Shown in pieces: positions 28,104 through 39,888 of a stretch of DNA of 64,000 nt. The stretch comes from Candidatus Eiseniibacteriota bacterium (GTDB lineage: Bacteria; Eisenbacteria; RBG-16-71-46). Made by a program: the position numbers and the translations under genes. The notes under the pieces were generated by a model, which was not told where the DNA came from, searched no databases, and saw only the letters and a list, made by a program, of their open reading frames with translations. The stretch's first letter is position 1; the number at the start of each line of letters is the position of its first letter. The stretch spans positions 704,001 to 768,000 of the forward strand of contig CAVSAC010000014.1 of NCBI GenBank assembly GCA_963725865.1. Direction: 5' to 3'.

Positions 28104-29115
28104 ATGAAGCGCGGCACGGTGGTGACCGAGACGATCGTGAGCGAGGCGCTGCGGGGCAACGCGGCCGGCGATCCACACGAGCGGCGGGTGCCGGTCTACC
28201 TGCCCCCGCAGTACGCCGAAGAGCCCGAGCGCCGCTTCCCGGTGGTCTACCTGCTGGCGGGCTTCGGCGGCCGTGGCCGCATGCTGCTCAACGACAATCC
28301 ATGGTCGCCGGCGCTCGACGACCGGATGGACGCGCTCCTCGCGGCCGGACGCTGCGGGCCGATGATCCTCGTCCTGCCCGACTGCTTCACGCGCTACGGC
28401 GGCTCGCAGTACCTCGATTCGAGCGCCACCGGGCGCTACGCCGACGCACCTCGTCCAGGAGCTGGTCCCCACCATCGACGCGCGCTACCGCACGCTCGCC
28501 GGCCGCGGGCATCGCGGCATCGCCGGCAAGTCGTCGGGCGGCTACGGTGCGCTCGTGATGGGCATGCGGCATCCGGACTTGTTCGGCGCCGTCGCCTGCC
28601 ACAGTGGCGACATGGCATTCGACTACTGCTACCGCGGCGACGTCCCGCGCTTCTGCTCCATCGTGCAGGAGGCCGGCGGGGTGAAGGCGTGGCTGGAGCG
28701 GTTCGAGGCGCGCCGCCAGCGCTCGAAGGACGACTTCACGGTGCTCAATGTGCTGGGCATGGCGGCGTGCTACTCGCCCAATGCCGCCTCGGAGCCGTTC
28801 GGCATCGACTTCCCGATCGACCTGCAGACCGGTGCGTGGCGCGACGAGGTCTGGCGGCGCTGGCTGGAGTGGGACCCGATCCAGCTACTGGAACGCCGTG
28901 CCGAGGCCCTGCGCTCGCTCAGGCTCCTGTACCTGGACTGCGGCACGCGCGACGAGTGGCTGTTGCATCTCGGGCTGCGGCTCTTCACGCGCAGGCTCAC
29001 GGCGCTCGGAGTGCCTTTCCAGCACGAGGAGTTCGACGATGGGCACCAGAACGTGAGCTATCGGTTCGACGTGAGCCTGCCGCGACTGTCCGAGGTGCTG
29101 GGGTCCACGGGCTGA
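28104..29115 (+). pseudogene. Putative esterase (alpha/beta hydrolase) split by a +1 frameshift near 28446
   Basis: Frame A 'VYLPPQY...FPVVYLL...GRYAD'; skipping one base gives 'HLVQELVPTID...GKSSGG...DCGTRDE...DDGH'. Confidence 0.85.
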
Positions 29116-29279
29116 GGGTGGCTCTCGAGTGGCCGACCGGGCGCGCCATGCACGCATCTGCCGCATTCGCCGTCGCCAGTTCTCGGCGTCCCGGCCGGGG
29201 TACATGCCACCGACCCCGGTGCAGGCCTCGATGTGGGGCGCGGTCAAGCAGCTCTATCGCTGATCCCGCCTCGCAACAT

Positions 29280-29584
29280 GAAGCCCGGCTCTGCAACCGC
29301 GGGGCCGGGCTTCTCGATTCCAGGATCCGCCTCGAGACACGGAGCCCCGGCGCGTGCCTCGGACGCGCCGGGGACCAGGTCCTTGGTGGACGGCAACGCA
29401 TCCATGCGCGCGGTCAGGACCTGATCCTCGACCGCGCCCGGGATCGTGACGAGCATCCCGGGGCGAGGGCGCGTTCGGTTCGTCGCGGCCGAGTTCACCT
29501 GCTCCCACGGCCGGACCCAGAGTCATCTCCGGGCGCACGAACAGACAGTACCGCGACCGAGTTCGCCGATCGCGCCCGTCTCCA
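29280..29584 (-). ncRNA. Candidate structured non-coding RNA, family unrecognised
   Basis: Upstream TTGACG-N17-CACACT on minus strand; consecutive long hairpins, 5'/3' closing stem, terminal hairpin; no credible CDS. Confidence 0.45.
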
Positions 29585-29758
29585 AAGCGAAGTGTGGTTC
29601 CGCTTCCTCCCGGCGTCAATGCCCGCCGGCGAGGATTTGCCATCGCGCACCCTTGTGATAGAACCGGCGCCACCCCCTCGGCGTCGTCCTCGCAGCGTGC
29701 GATCGACGCGCGGACCGCGCCTCGACCGGCCCACCACCCCGGATCCGAACCCAACGCC

Positions 29759-31102
29759 ATGTCCTCCGCCGTCGCTGCCGCCACCACCGCCGAAACCCGC
29801 CGCAACGTGCGGCTGGGGGTGTTGAACGGCGCGCTCTACCAGGCCGGCGAGGGGTTCATCGATTCCAATACCGTCATCCCGGTGCTCATGTCGCGTCTCA
29901 CCACCTCGAACGCGCTCATCGGGCTGGGCTGCTCGTTGTCGGACCTCGGCTGGCTGCTGCCGCAGTTCCTCGTCACCCCCTGGCTGGCGCGCTTCCCCCA
30001 TCAGCTCTGGCTGTACCGTCGCGCGGCCGTGGTGCGCGGCCTGGCGCTGGTCGTGCTGGCCGCGCTCGCGGCCCCGCTGCTGCCCCATCCGCGTGCGCTG
30101 CTCGCGGTGTTCCTGCTCTGCTACGCGACTTACGCATTCGGCGCCGGTGCCAGCGCGGTGTCGTTCATGGAGGTGGTCGGCAAGACGGTGCCGCGCGAGC
30201 AGCTTGGCTCGTTCTGGTCGCAGCGGCTGTTCTGGGGCGGCACGCTGGCAGCGCTCGCCGGCGTGGTCGTGCGCGAGGTGTTCCGGCGCGGCTCCCCGGC
30301 GGCCCAGTACGTCATCCTGTTCGGGGGCGCGAGCGTGCTGGCATCGGTGGCGTATGCGCTCTTCTGCCTCATCCGCGAGCCAGCTGGCTCTGCCGATCCC
30401 GAAACGGCCGAGCTCACACCGGTGCAGCTGCTGGGGGAGGGAGTGCGAATGCTCGGCGTCTCCGCCCCGTTCCGTCATCTGCTCGCCTCCCGCGCGACGC
30501 TCGCCGTGTGGCTGACCGCGAGTCCGTTCATGACGCTGTTCGCGATCCGCGAACTGGGCGGTGGCGCCCGCGCGGCCGGCACGCTCCTGCTCAGCCGCAT
30601 CGCTGGCTTCGTGCTCCTGAGCCTGGTATGGCAGCCGCGCGCGCGCAGGCGCGGGAGTCGCGCGCTGATGCGCAGCGGAACGCTGCTCATCGCGCTCGCA
30701 ACCGCCGCGGCCGCCACGCTGAGCGCCGCTTCGCCGTGGTGGCTGGGTTGGATCCCCGCGGGTGCCGCGGTCGCCGCCCTCGAGGCCGTGGCGTTCGTGG
30801 GTGGCGCCGCCCAGAGCGCGATCCTGATCGGCTACGGGAGCCTGCTGATCGAGCTGGCTCCCGTCGGTCGCAGGCACTCGTTCGTGGGGTTGACCAGCAC
30901 GTTCCTCGGGCCGTTCATGTTCCTGCCGATGCTGGGAGGAGCGCTGGTCGATCTGGTGAACGCACCCACGGTGTTCGCGCTGTGCACCGGCGCGGCGCTG
31001 ATCGGGTACCGCGCGGCCCGGCGGCTGCCGGACACCCGGGTGGCACCGGCCGGCATGCCCGGCGCGGTGGGCGAGGTCGCGGGACACGGGGGTGGAGCGT
31101 GA
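29759..31102 (+). CDS. MFS transporter
   Basis: About 12 TMs; 'WLLPQFL', 'GKTVPREQLGSFWS', 'ELAPVGRRHSFVG'. Confidence 0.85.
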   Translation: MSSAVAAATTAETRRNVRLGVLNGALYQAGEGFIDSNTVIPVLMSRLTTSNALIGLGCSLSDLGWLLPQFLVTPWLARFPHQLWLYRRAAVVRGLALVVLAALAAPLLPHPRALLAVFLLCYATYAFGAGASAVSFMEVVGKTVPREQLGSFWSQRLFWGGTLAALAGVVVREVFRRGSPAAQYVILFGGASVLASVAYALFCLIREPAGSADPETAELTPVQLLGEGVRMLGVSAPFRHLLASRATLAVWLTASPFMTLFAIRELGGGARAAGTLLLSRIAGFVLLSLVWQPRARRRGSRALMRSGTLLIALATAAAATLSAASPWWLGWIPAGAAVAALEAVAFVGGAAQSAILIGYGSLLIELAPVGRRHSFVGLTSTFLGPFMFLPMLGGALVDLVNAPTVFALCTGAALIGYRAARRLPDTRVAPAGMPGAVGEVAGHGGGA

Positions 31103-31461
31103 GCCGTCGCGTGGTGGTCGCAGTGCCCGACCTGTTCTTCGCGGCCCGGATCGAGGCCACCGCCGGGCCCCTGGGGGTGGCGATCGCCCCCGCCACCTTC
31201 GCCAGCGCCTCGGCGCGCTGCCACGAAGCGCCCACCGACCTCGTGATCGTGGACCTCGACGCGCCCGGCGCGGTGGAGCTGGTGCGGGCCCTCAAGGCCG
31301 ACCCGGACCTGCGTGCCACGCCGGTCCTCGGGTTCTACCCCCATGTGCGCACCGAGCTGCGCGCGGCCGCGATGGCGGCGGGGCTCGACCGTGCGATGGC
31401 CCGATCGGCATTCACGACCCTGTTGCCCGCGCTGCTGACCGGGGGTGGCCCCACCCGCTGA
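31099..31461 (+). CDS. Atypical single-domain response regulator receiver
   Basis: 'DLVIVDLD', 'LVRALKADP...TPVLGF', 'AMAAG'; GTGA overlap with MFS stop. Confidence 0.7.
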   Translation: MSRRVVVAVPDLFFAARIEATAGPLGVAIAPATFASASARCHEAPTDLVIVDLDAPGAVELVRALKADPDLRATPVLGFYPHVRTELRAAAMAAGLDRAMARSAFTTLLPALLTGGGPTR

Positions 31462-31691
31462 GGGCCCATTCGTCCGCCGGAAACGGGCGTCCGGACCATT
31501 CCAGAACACCGTGGGAATCCCGGCTCCACGGGACGCATCCAAGCCTGCTGTCTGGTCTTAGGTGGCCACTGCCGGGTGTCGTCCAACGGCTCGCCGCCCC
31601 GGTGCTGCACGCGGACCAGGCCCCGTCTGTTGGCCGCCATGCGGTGTCCGACCCCTGCTCCGATCCACTGCCGATCTAGGAGTCTGCCCTG

Positions 31692-32821
31692 ATGCGTACG
31701 CGTATGTTCCAGATGTTGGCGATCGTCGTACTGTTCCTCGCCGCCATCGCCTTCGTGAAGGTCCAGCAGATCCAGATGGCGATTGCCGGGGCCAAGTCCT
31801 TCCAGCCGCCACCCGAGGCCGTGACCACGATCGTCGCGAATCCGCAGCGGTGGCAGGCCACCCTGGATGCGGTCGGCAGTGTCGCCCCGATCCAGGGCGT
31901 GACGCTGAGCGCCGACCTGCCGGGCGTGGTGGACAAGATCCTGTTCCAGTCGGGAAGCCACGTGAATGCCGGCGACGCGCTGGTGCTCCTCAACACCCGG
32001 CAGGAGCGCGCGCAGCTCGCCGCGGCCGAAGCCCAGCGCGATCTCGCCAAGTCCAACCTCGAGCGGTCGACCCAGCTGCTCGAGAAGCAGCTGATCGCCC
32101 AGGCGGAGCACGACCAGGTGGCGGCGCTCTTCAAGCAGGCGGAGGCGAACGTCAGGACGATCGAGGCCGGCATCGAGCGCAAGACCATCCGCGCCCCGTT
32201 CTCCGGCGTCGCCGGCATCCGCCGCGTGAACCTCGGCCAGTACCTCGAGAGCGGCGAGCCGGTCGTCCCGCTCCAGTCGATGGAAGCCGTGTTCGTGGAC
32301 TTCGCGGTGCCGCAGCAGGTGGTGCGCTCGCTGCGGGTGGGTGACACGGTGTGGGCCACCGCCGACACCAGCACGCAGGCGAAGGTCACGGGGCGCGTGA
32401 CCGCGATCAACCCGGTGGTCGACGACGCCACTCGCAACGTCCAGGTGCAGGCCACGTTCCGCAATGCGCGCGGTCAGCTGCGCGCCGGCATGTACGTCTC
32501 CGTGAGTGTGGCGCTCGGCACCGAGCACGCGCCGGTGATCACGCTGCCGTCCTCGGCCATCAACTTCGCGCCCTACGGCAACTCGGTGTTCATCGTGGAG
32601 GACCTCAAGGGTCCGGACGGCAAGTCCTACCGCGGCGTGCGCCAGCAGTTCGTGAAGCTGGGCAGCTCCCAGGGCGACCTGGTCGCGGTGGTGGACGGCG
32701 TGAAGCCCGGACAGGAGGTCGTCACGTCCGGGGTGTTCAAGCTCCGCACCGGCGCCGCGGTCAAGGTGAACAATGCCGTGCAGCCGTCCGCGAGCTCCAA
32801 CCCCAACCCCGAGAATAGCTG

Positions 32822-32822
<1 letters not shown>
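31692..32822 (+). CDS. RND efflux periplasmic adaptor subunit
   Basis: 'GVVDKILFQSG', 'IRAPFSG', 'LRAGMYV', 'VVTSGVFKL'. Confidence 0.95.
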
Positions 32823-35908
<3,086 letters not shown>

Positions 35909-36107
35909 GGCGGTAGGCCGGGCACGGGCACGGCGCCTCGCGCCATGTCCGTGCTCGGTGCCGTCGCCGGACACCGCAGGGGCCGTCGCTGGCGGCGCGT
36001 TCCCCGCTCCCCACTCGCGCCGATCCGGACGGCTGGAGCGACCGCCACGCGCGGGCTATACTCCCCGCCCGTCCGCGCCCCCCGTCCACTCCGACCCGGA
36101 ATGGCCC

Positions 36108-36281
36108 ATGAACGACGCCTCCAAGTCCGCCACCACGCATCTCGAGCGCGTGTCCATCTCGTGCCCCGGCTGCGGCCGCCACGACTGGGTGAGTTGGCCA
36201 GCGGGTCAGTCCACCTTCCACTGGACGTGCTTCAACTGCGAGAAGACGTTCGACCTTCCCCGTCCGGGCGGAGGTCACTGA
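36108..36281 (+). CDS. Small zinc-ribbon protein (57 aa)
   Basis: CPGC-x18-CFNC; TATACT -10 at 36057-36062. Confidence 0.65.
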   Translation: MNDASKSATTHLERVSISCPGCGRHDWVSWPAGQSTFHWTCFNCEKTFDLPRPGGGH

Positions 36282-36316
36282 TCCCAGCTGGCCGCGGCCG
36301 CGAAGGGACCCCCTCG

Positions 36317-37078
36317 ATGAAGACGCTCCTGAGCTTCGTGTGCGTGCTCGCGGCTTGCGCGCTGCCGCTCGCCGCCCGCGCGGCGACCCCGCCGTCGGAT
36401 CCCGGCGCGATCGCGATGGCCGGCAAGGTGATGGGCGCGCTGGGCGGCCAGCAGCGCTGGGATGCGCTGCGCGGGCTGCGATGGACGTTCGGCGTGGCGA
36501 CGCACGACACCGTGCTCACGTCGCGCCGGCACGCGTGGGACAAGTTCACCGGCTGGCACCGCGTCGAGGGCCGCACGCGTGCCGGCGTGTCCTTCGTGTT
36601 CGTCCATCGCCTCTTCAGCGACGAAGGGCACGCGTGGATGAACGGCAACCCGATCGAGGGGGACTCGCTCAAGAAGCTGATGGCGCAGGCCAACTCGCTC
36701 TGGATCAACGACACCTACTGGATGCTGATGCCGTACAAGCTGCGCGACCCGGGCGTCATCCTGAAGGACGACGGCGGCGCCGACAGCGAGGGGAAGGCGT
36801 ACCAGAAGCTGGCGTTGTCGTTCGACCACGTCGGGCAGACTCCGGGCGACCGCTACTGGGTGTACGTGGATCCGCAGAACTCGCGGGTGGTGCGCTGGGA
36901 GATGATCCTCCAGGGCGACCCGCCGGCCGGGCCTCCGGCCGCCTACTCGTGGGAGGACTGGGAGCAGCACGACGGACTGTGGTTCCCGACCGCGCACCGC
37001 AACGGCACCCGCAACGTGTTCACGCGCGAGATCGAGACGGTCGCGTCGTTCCCCGCGGGCACGTTCGAGAAGCCCTGA
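36317..37078 (+). CDS. Exported hypothetical protein (Trp-rich)
   Basis: Signal peptide; 'ALGGQQRW', 'WINDTYWMLMPYKLRDPGV', 'GQTPGDRYWVYVD'. Confidence 0.8.
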   Translation: MKTLLSFVCVLAACALPLAARAATPPSDPGAIAMAGKVMGALGGQQRWDALRGLRWTFGVATHDTVLTSRRHAWDKFTGWHRVEGRTRAGVSFVFVHRLFSDEGHAWMNGNPIEGDSLKKLMAQANSLWINDTYWMLMPYKLRDPGVILKDDGGADSEGKAYQKLALSFDHVGQTPGDRYWVYVDPQNSRVVRWEMILQGDPPAGPPAAYSWEDWEQHDGLWFPTAHRNGTRNVFTREIETVASFPAGTFEKP

Positions 37079-37082
37079 CGGC

Positions 37083-37766
37083 ATGAGCGCCGGCTCGCTC
37101 GTGACCACCACCCTGCGCATCAGCGAGGTGTTCCTGTCGCTCCAGGGCGAGGGCCCGTCGGCCGGCACCCCCGCGCACTTCGTGCGCCTGCAGGGCTGCA
37201 CCGTGGGCTGTCACTGGTGCGACACGCGCTACGCCTGGGACGGCGCGCAGGGTCGCGCGCTCGACTCCGCCGACCTGTGGCGGGAGGCCGAGGCACTCGG
37301 CGCGGCGCCGCTGCTCGTGGTGACCGGCGGCGAGCCGCTCGAATCGCCGGGGATCGGCGCGCTGCTCGACGAAGCGCTCGAGCGCTGGAGCCGCGTCGAG
37401 GTCGAGACCAGCGGCCTGCTCCCGCCGCCGCGCTCGCACCCGCGGCTCGCGTGGAACGTCTCGCCCAAGCTGCCGTCGGCGACGCCGCGCTCCGCGGAGA
37501 CCTGGGCGCACGTGGCCGCCTGGATCGCCGAGCCGCGCGCGACGTTCAAGCTCGTGGTGGGCGACGATCCCGACCTGGCCGACGCGCTGCGGCTGATCGA
37601 GGCCCACGGCGTTCCGCACGGGCGCGTGATGCTGATGCCCGAGGGGCTCACCGATTCCGTGCTGCGCGAGCGCGCGGCCCGGCTCGCGCCCGAGTGCGTG
37701 CGCCACGGCCTGCGTCTGAGCCCACGCCTGCACGTCTGGATGTGGGGGGCCAAGCGAGGCGTATGA
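37083..37766 (+). CDS. queE: 7-carboxy-7-deazaguanine synthase (radical SAM)
   Basis: 'EVFLSLQGEG', CxxxCxxC 'CTVGCHWCDT', 'TGGEP', 'VSPK'. Confidence 0.95.
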   Translation: MSAGSLVTTTLRISEVFLSLQGEGPSAGTPAHFVRLQGCTVGCHWCDTRYAWDGAQGRALDSADLWREAEALGAAPLLVVTGGEPLESPGIGALLDEALERWSRVEVETSGLLPPPRSHPRLAWNVSPKLPSATPRSAETWAHVAAWIAEPRATFKLVVGDDPDLADALRLIEAHGVPHGRVMLMPEGLTDSVLRERAARLAPECVRHGLRLSPRLHVWMWGAKRGV

Positions 37767-38461
37767 GCACGGCCGCGGTCATCCTGCTGTCGGGCGGGCT
37801 CGACTCGAGCACTTGCCTGGCCTGGGCGCGCGCCCGGGGATTCGCCTGCCACGCGCTGACGGTGGACTACGGCCAGCGCCAGCGCGTGGAGCTGGCGGCG
37901 GCCGCGCGCGTCGCGGCGGCGCTGGGGGCGGCGAGCCATCGCGTGGTGGCGGTGGACCTGCGCGCGATCGGCGGCTCGTCGCTCACGGCCGACGTCGCGG
38001 TCCCGCGCGACCGCGACGAGGCCGCGATGGCCGCCGGCGTCCCGCCCACCTACGTACCGGCGCGCAACACGATGCTGCTCGCGCTGGCGCTCGGGCTCGC
38101 CGAGACGCTTGGGGCCGCCGACCTGGTGGCGGGCATGAACGCCGTCGACTACTCCGGGTATCCCGACTGCCGTCCCGAGTTCGTGCGCGCGTTCGAGTCG
38201 CTGGCGGCGCTGGCCACGGTGGCGGGCGTCCAGGGGACGCGCTTCACGGTGCACACCCCACTGATGGCGCTCGACAAGGCCGGCATCGTGCGCCTCGGCG
38301 TGGAGCTGGGGCTCGACCCCGGCATGACGCACACGTGCTACGATCCCGCGGCCGGCGGCGAGGCGTGCGGGCGCTGCGATGCGTGCCGCCTGCGACTCAA
38401 GGGCTTTCGAGAGGCGGGGCGGACCGACCCGCTCCGCTACGTGACGCGCCCGGAGTTCTGA
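37763..38461 (+). CDS. queC: 7-cyano-7-deazaguanine synthase
   Basis: 'LLSGGLDS', 'YVPARN', 'GYPDCRPEF', 'CGRCDAC'. Confidence 0.97.
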   Translation: MSTAAVILLSGGLDSSTCLAWARARGFACHALTVDYGQRQRVELAAAARVAAALGAASHRVVAVDLRAIGGSSLTADVAVPRDRDEAAMAAGVPPTYVPARNTMLLALALGLAETLGAADLVAGMNAVDYSGYPDCRPEFVRAFESLAALATVAGVQGTRFTVHTPLMALDKAGIVRLGVELGLDPGMTHTCYDPAAGGEACGRCDACRLRLKGFREAGRTDPLRYVTRPEF

Positions 38462-38463
38462 GC

Positions 38464-38832
38464 ATGCGCGTGGAGCTGACCCGCGACTACACCTTCGAGG
38501 CCGCGCACCGGCTGCCCCAGGTGCCGGCCGAGCACAAGTGCGCGCGCATGCACGGCCATTCCTACCGGGTCGGCGTCACGGTCGCGGGCGAAGTCGATCC
38601 GCGCCTGGGCTGGCTGGTGGATTTCGGCGAGATCACCGCGGTGGTGGAGCCGATGCTCAGGCGCGAACTCGATCATCGCACGCTCAACGACGTGCCCGGG
38701 CTGGAGAACCCCACGGCGGAGCTGCTCTGCGCCTGGCTGTGGTCCCGACTTGCCCCGCACCTGCCGTATCTTTCCGCCATCACAGTGCACGAGACGTGTA
38801 CGGCCCGCTGCACCTATCGCGGACCGGGCTGA
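38464..38832 (+). CDS. queD: 6-carboxytetrahydropterin synthase
   Basis: 'FEAAHRL', 'KCARMHGHSY', 'LDH', 'NPTAE', 'HET'. Confidence 0.96.
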   Translation: MRVELTRDYTFEAAHRLPQVPAEHKCARMHGHSYRVGVTVAGEVDPRLGWLVDFGEITAVVEPMLRRELDHRTLNDVPGLENPTAELLCAWLWSRLAPHLPYLSAITVHETCTARCTYRGPG

Positions 38833-38853
38833 TCCATCCGAAGGGACCCCGCC

Positions 38854-39768
38854 ATGCCACATCGAGTGTTCGTCACCGGCGCCACCGGCTATCTCGGCAG
38901 CGCCATCGCGGCGCGCCTGGCGCGCGCCGGTCACATCGTCATCGGCCTCACGCGCGATCGTGCGCGCGCGTCGTCGATCGCCGCCGCCGGCGTGCAGCCC
39001 TTGGTGGGGGACATCGGCGAGCCAGCGAGCTTCATCGGCGCGCTCAAGAACTGCGACGTCGCAGTCCACGCCGCGGTCGATCCGCGCGAGCCGGCCGTCC
39101 GCGACCAGCAGATGCTCGATCTGGTGCGCGCGGCAGCCGAGGACGGACGCGTGCGGCGGTTCCTGTACACCAGCGGCATGTGGATCCACGGGGACACCGG
39201 CGACCAGGTGGTCGACGAGGACTCGCCGCTCGCACCGCTGCCGATCTCGCGGCATCGTCCCGCCCACGAGGACTTGGCGCTCGACCTCGCGAGGCTCGAC
39301 GTCGCGAGCGTCGTGCTGCGCCCGACGATCGTCTACGGCGAGTCGCGCGGGATCCTCGGCGACGTGTTCGCCGAGGCGCGCGACCATCGCACCGTCACGA
39401 TGCCCGGCGACGGCTCGCAGTTCTGGGGCCTCGTGCATCGTGAGGACGTCGCCGAGGCGTACGCCCTGGCGCTCGAGCACGCGAAGGGCGGCGAACGCTG
39501 GATCCTCAACGACGGCTCCCTCCTGACCGCGCGCGAGGTCCACTCGGCCATCGCGCGGGTGACCGGCGCCGAACTGCGCCCGCGCCCCCGCGAGGAGGTG
39601 CTGAAGGCGCTCGGCCCGTACGGCGAGGCGCTGCTCGCGAGCCAGCGCTCGAGCGCCGCGCGCGCGCGACGCGAGCTCGGCTGGGTGCCGCGCCACACCT
39701 CGTTCGTGGACGAGATCGACGGCATCTACGGCGAATGGCTCACGTCGCACGGTTCCCCGGTGGGCTGA
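38854..39768 (+). CDS. NAD-dependent epimerase/dehydratase family protein
   Basis: 'VFVTGATGYLG', 'YTSG', 'LRPTIVYG', 'VHREDVA', 'ELGWVP'. Confidence 0.9.
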   Translation: MPHRVFVTGATGYLGSAIAARLARAGHIVIGLTRDRARASSIAAAGVQPLVGDIGEPASFIGALKNCDVAVHAAVDPREPAVRDQQMLDLVRAAAEDGRVRRFLYTSGMWIHGDTGDQVVDEDSPLAPLPISRHRPAHEDLALDLARLDVASVVLRPTIVYGESRGILGDVFAEARDHRTVTMPGDGSQFWGLVHREDVAEAYALALEHAKGGERWILNDGSLLTAREVHSAIARVTGAELRPRPREEVLKALGPYGEALLASQRSSAARARRELGWVPRHTSFVDEIDGIYGEWLTSHGSPVG

Positions 39769-39888
39769 GCGCGGCGCCACGACGCGCGCCGGCGTGACGC
39801 ATCCCGCCCCACGCCTCGAAGGCCCGGCCTGTCGCCGGGCCTTCGGCGTTCCCTGCGAGGGGCCGACTCGCTAGAGTCTGCGCCGTCC

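Noticed and set aside
29480..29530. SRP RNA, cobalamin riboswitch or T-box identity for the candidate RNA
   Set aside because: Only partial resemblance (GGGAGCAGGUGAAC); the diagnostic motifs are missing.
37083..38832. Dpd 7-deazaguanine DNA modification/defence island
   Set aside because: No dpdA/tgt-like or other dpd genes nearby; housekeeping context.
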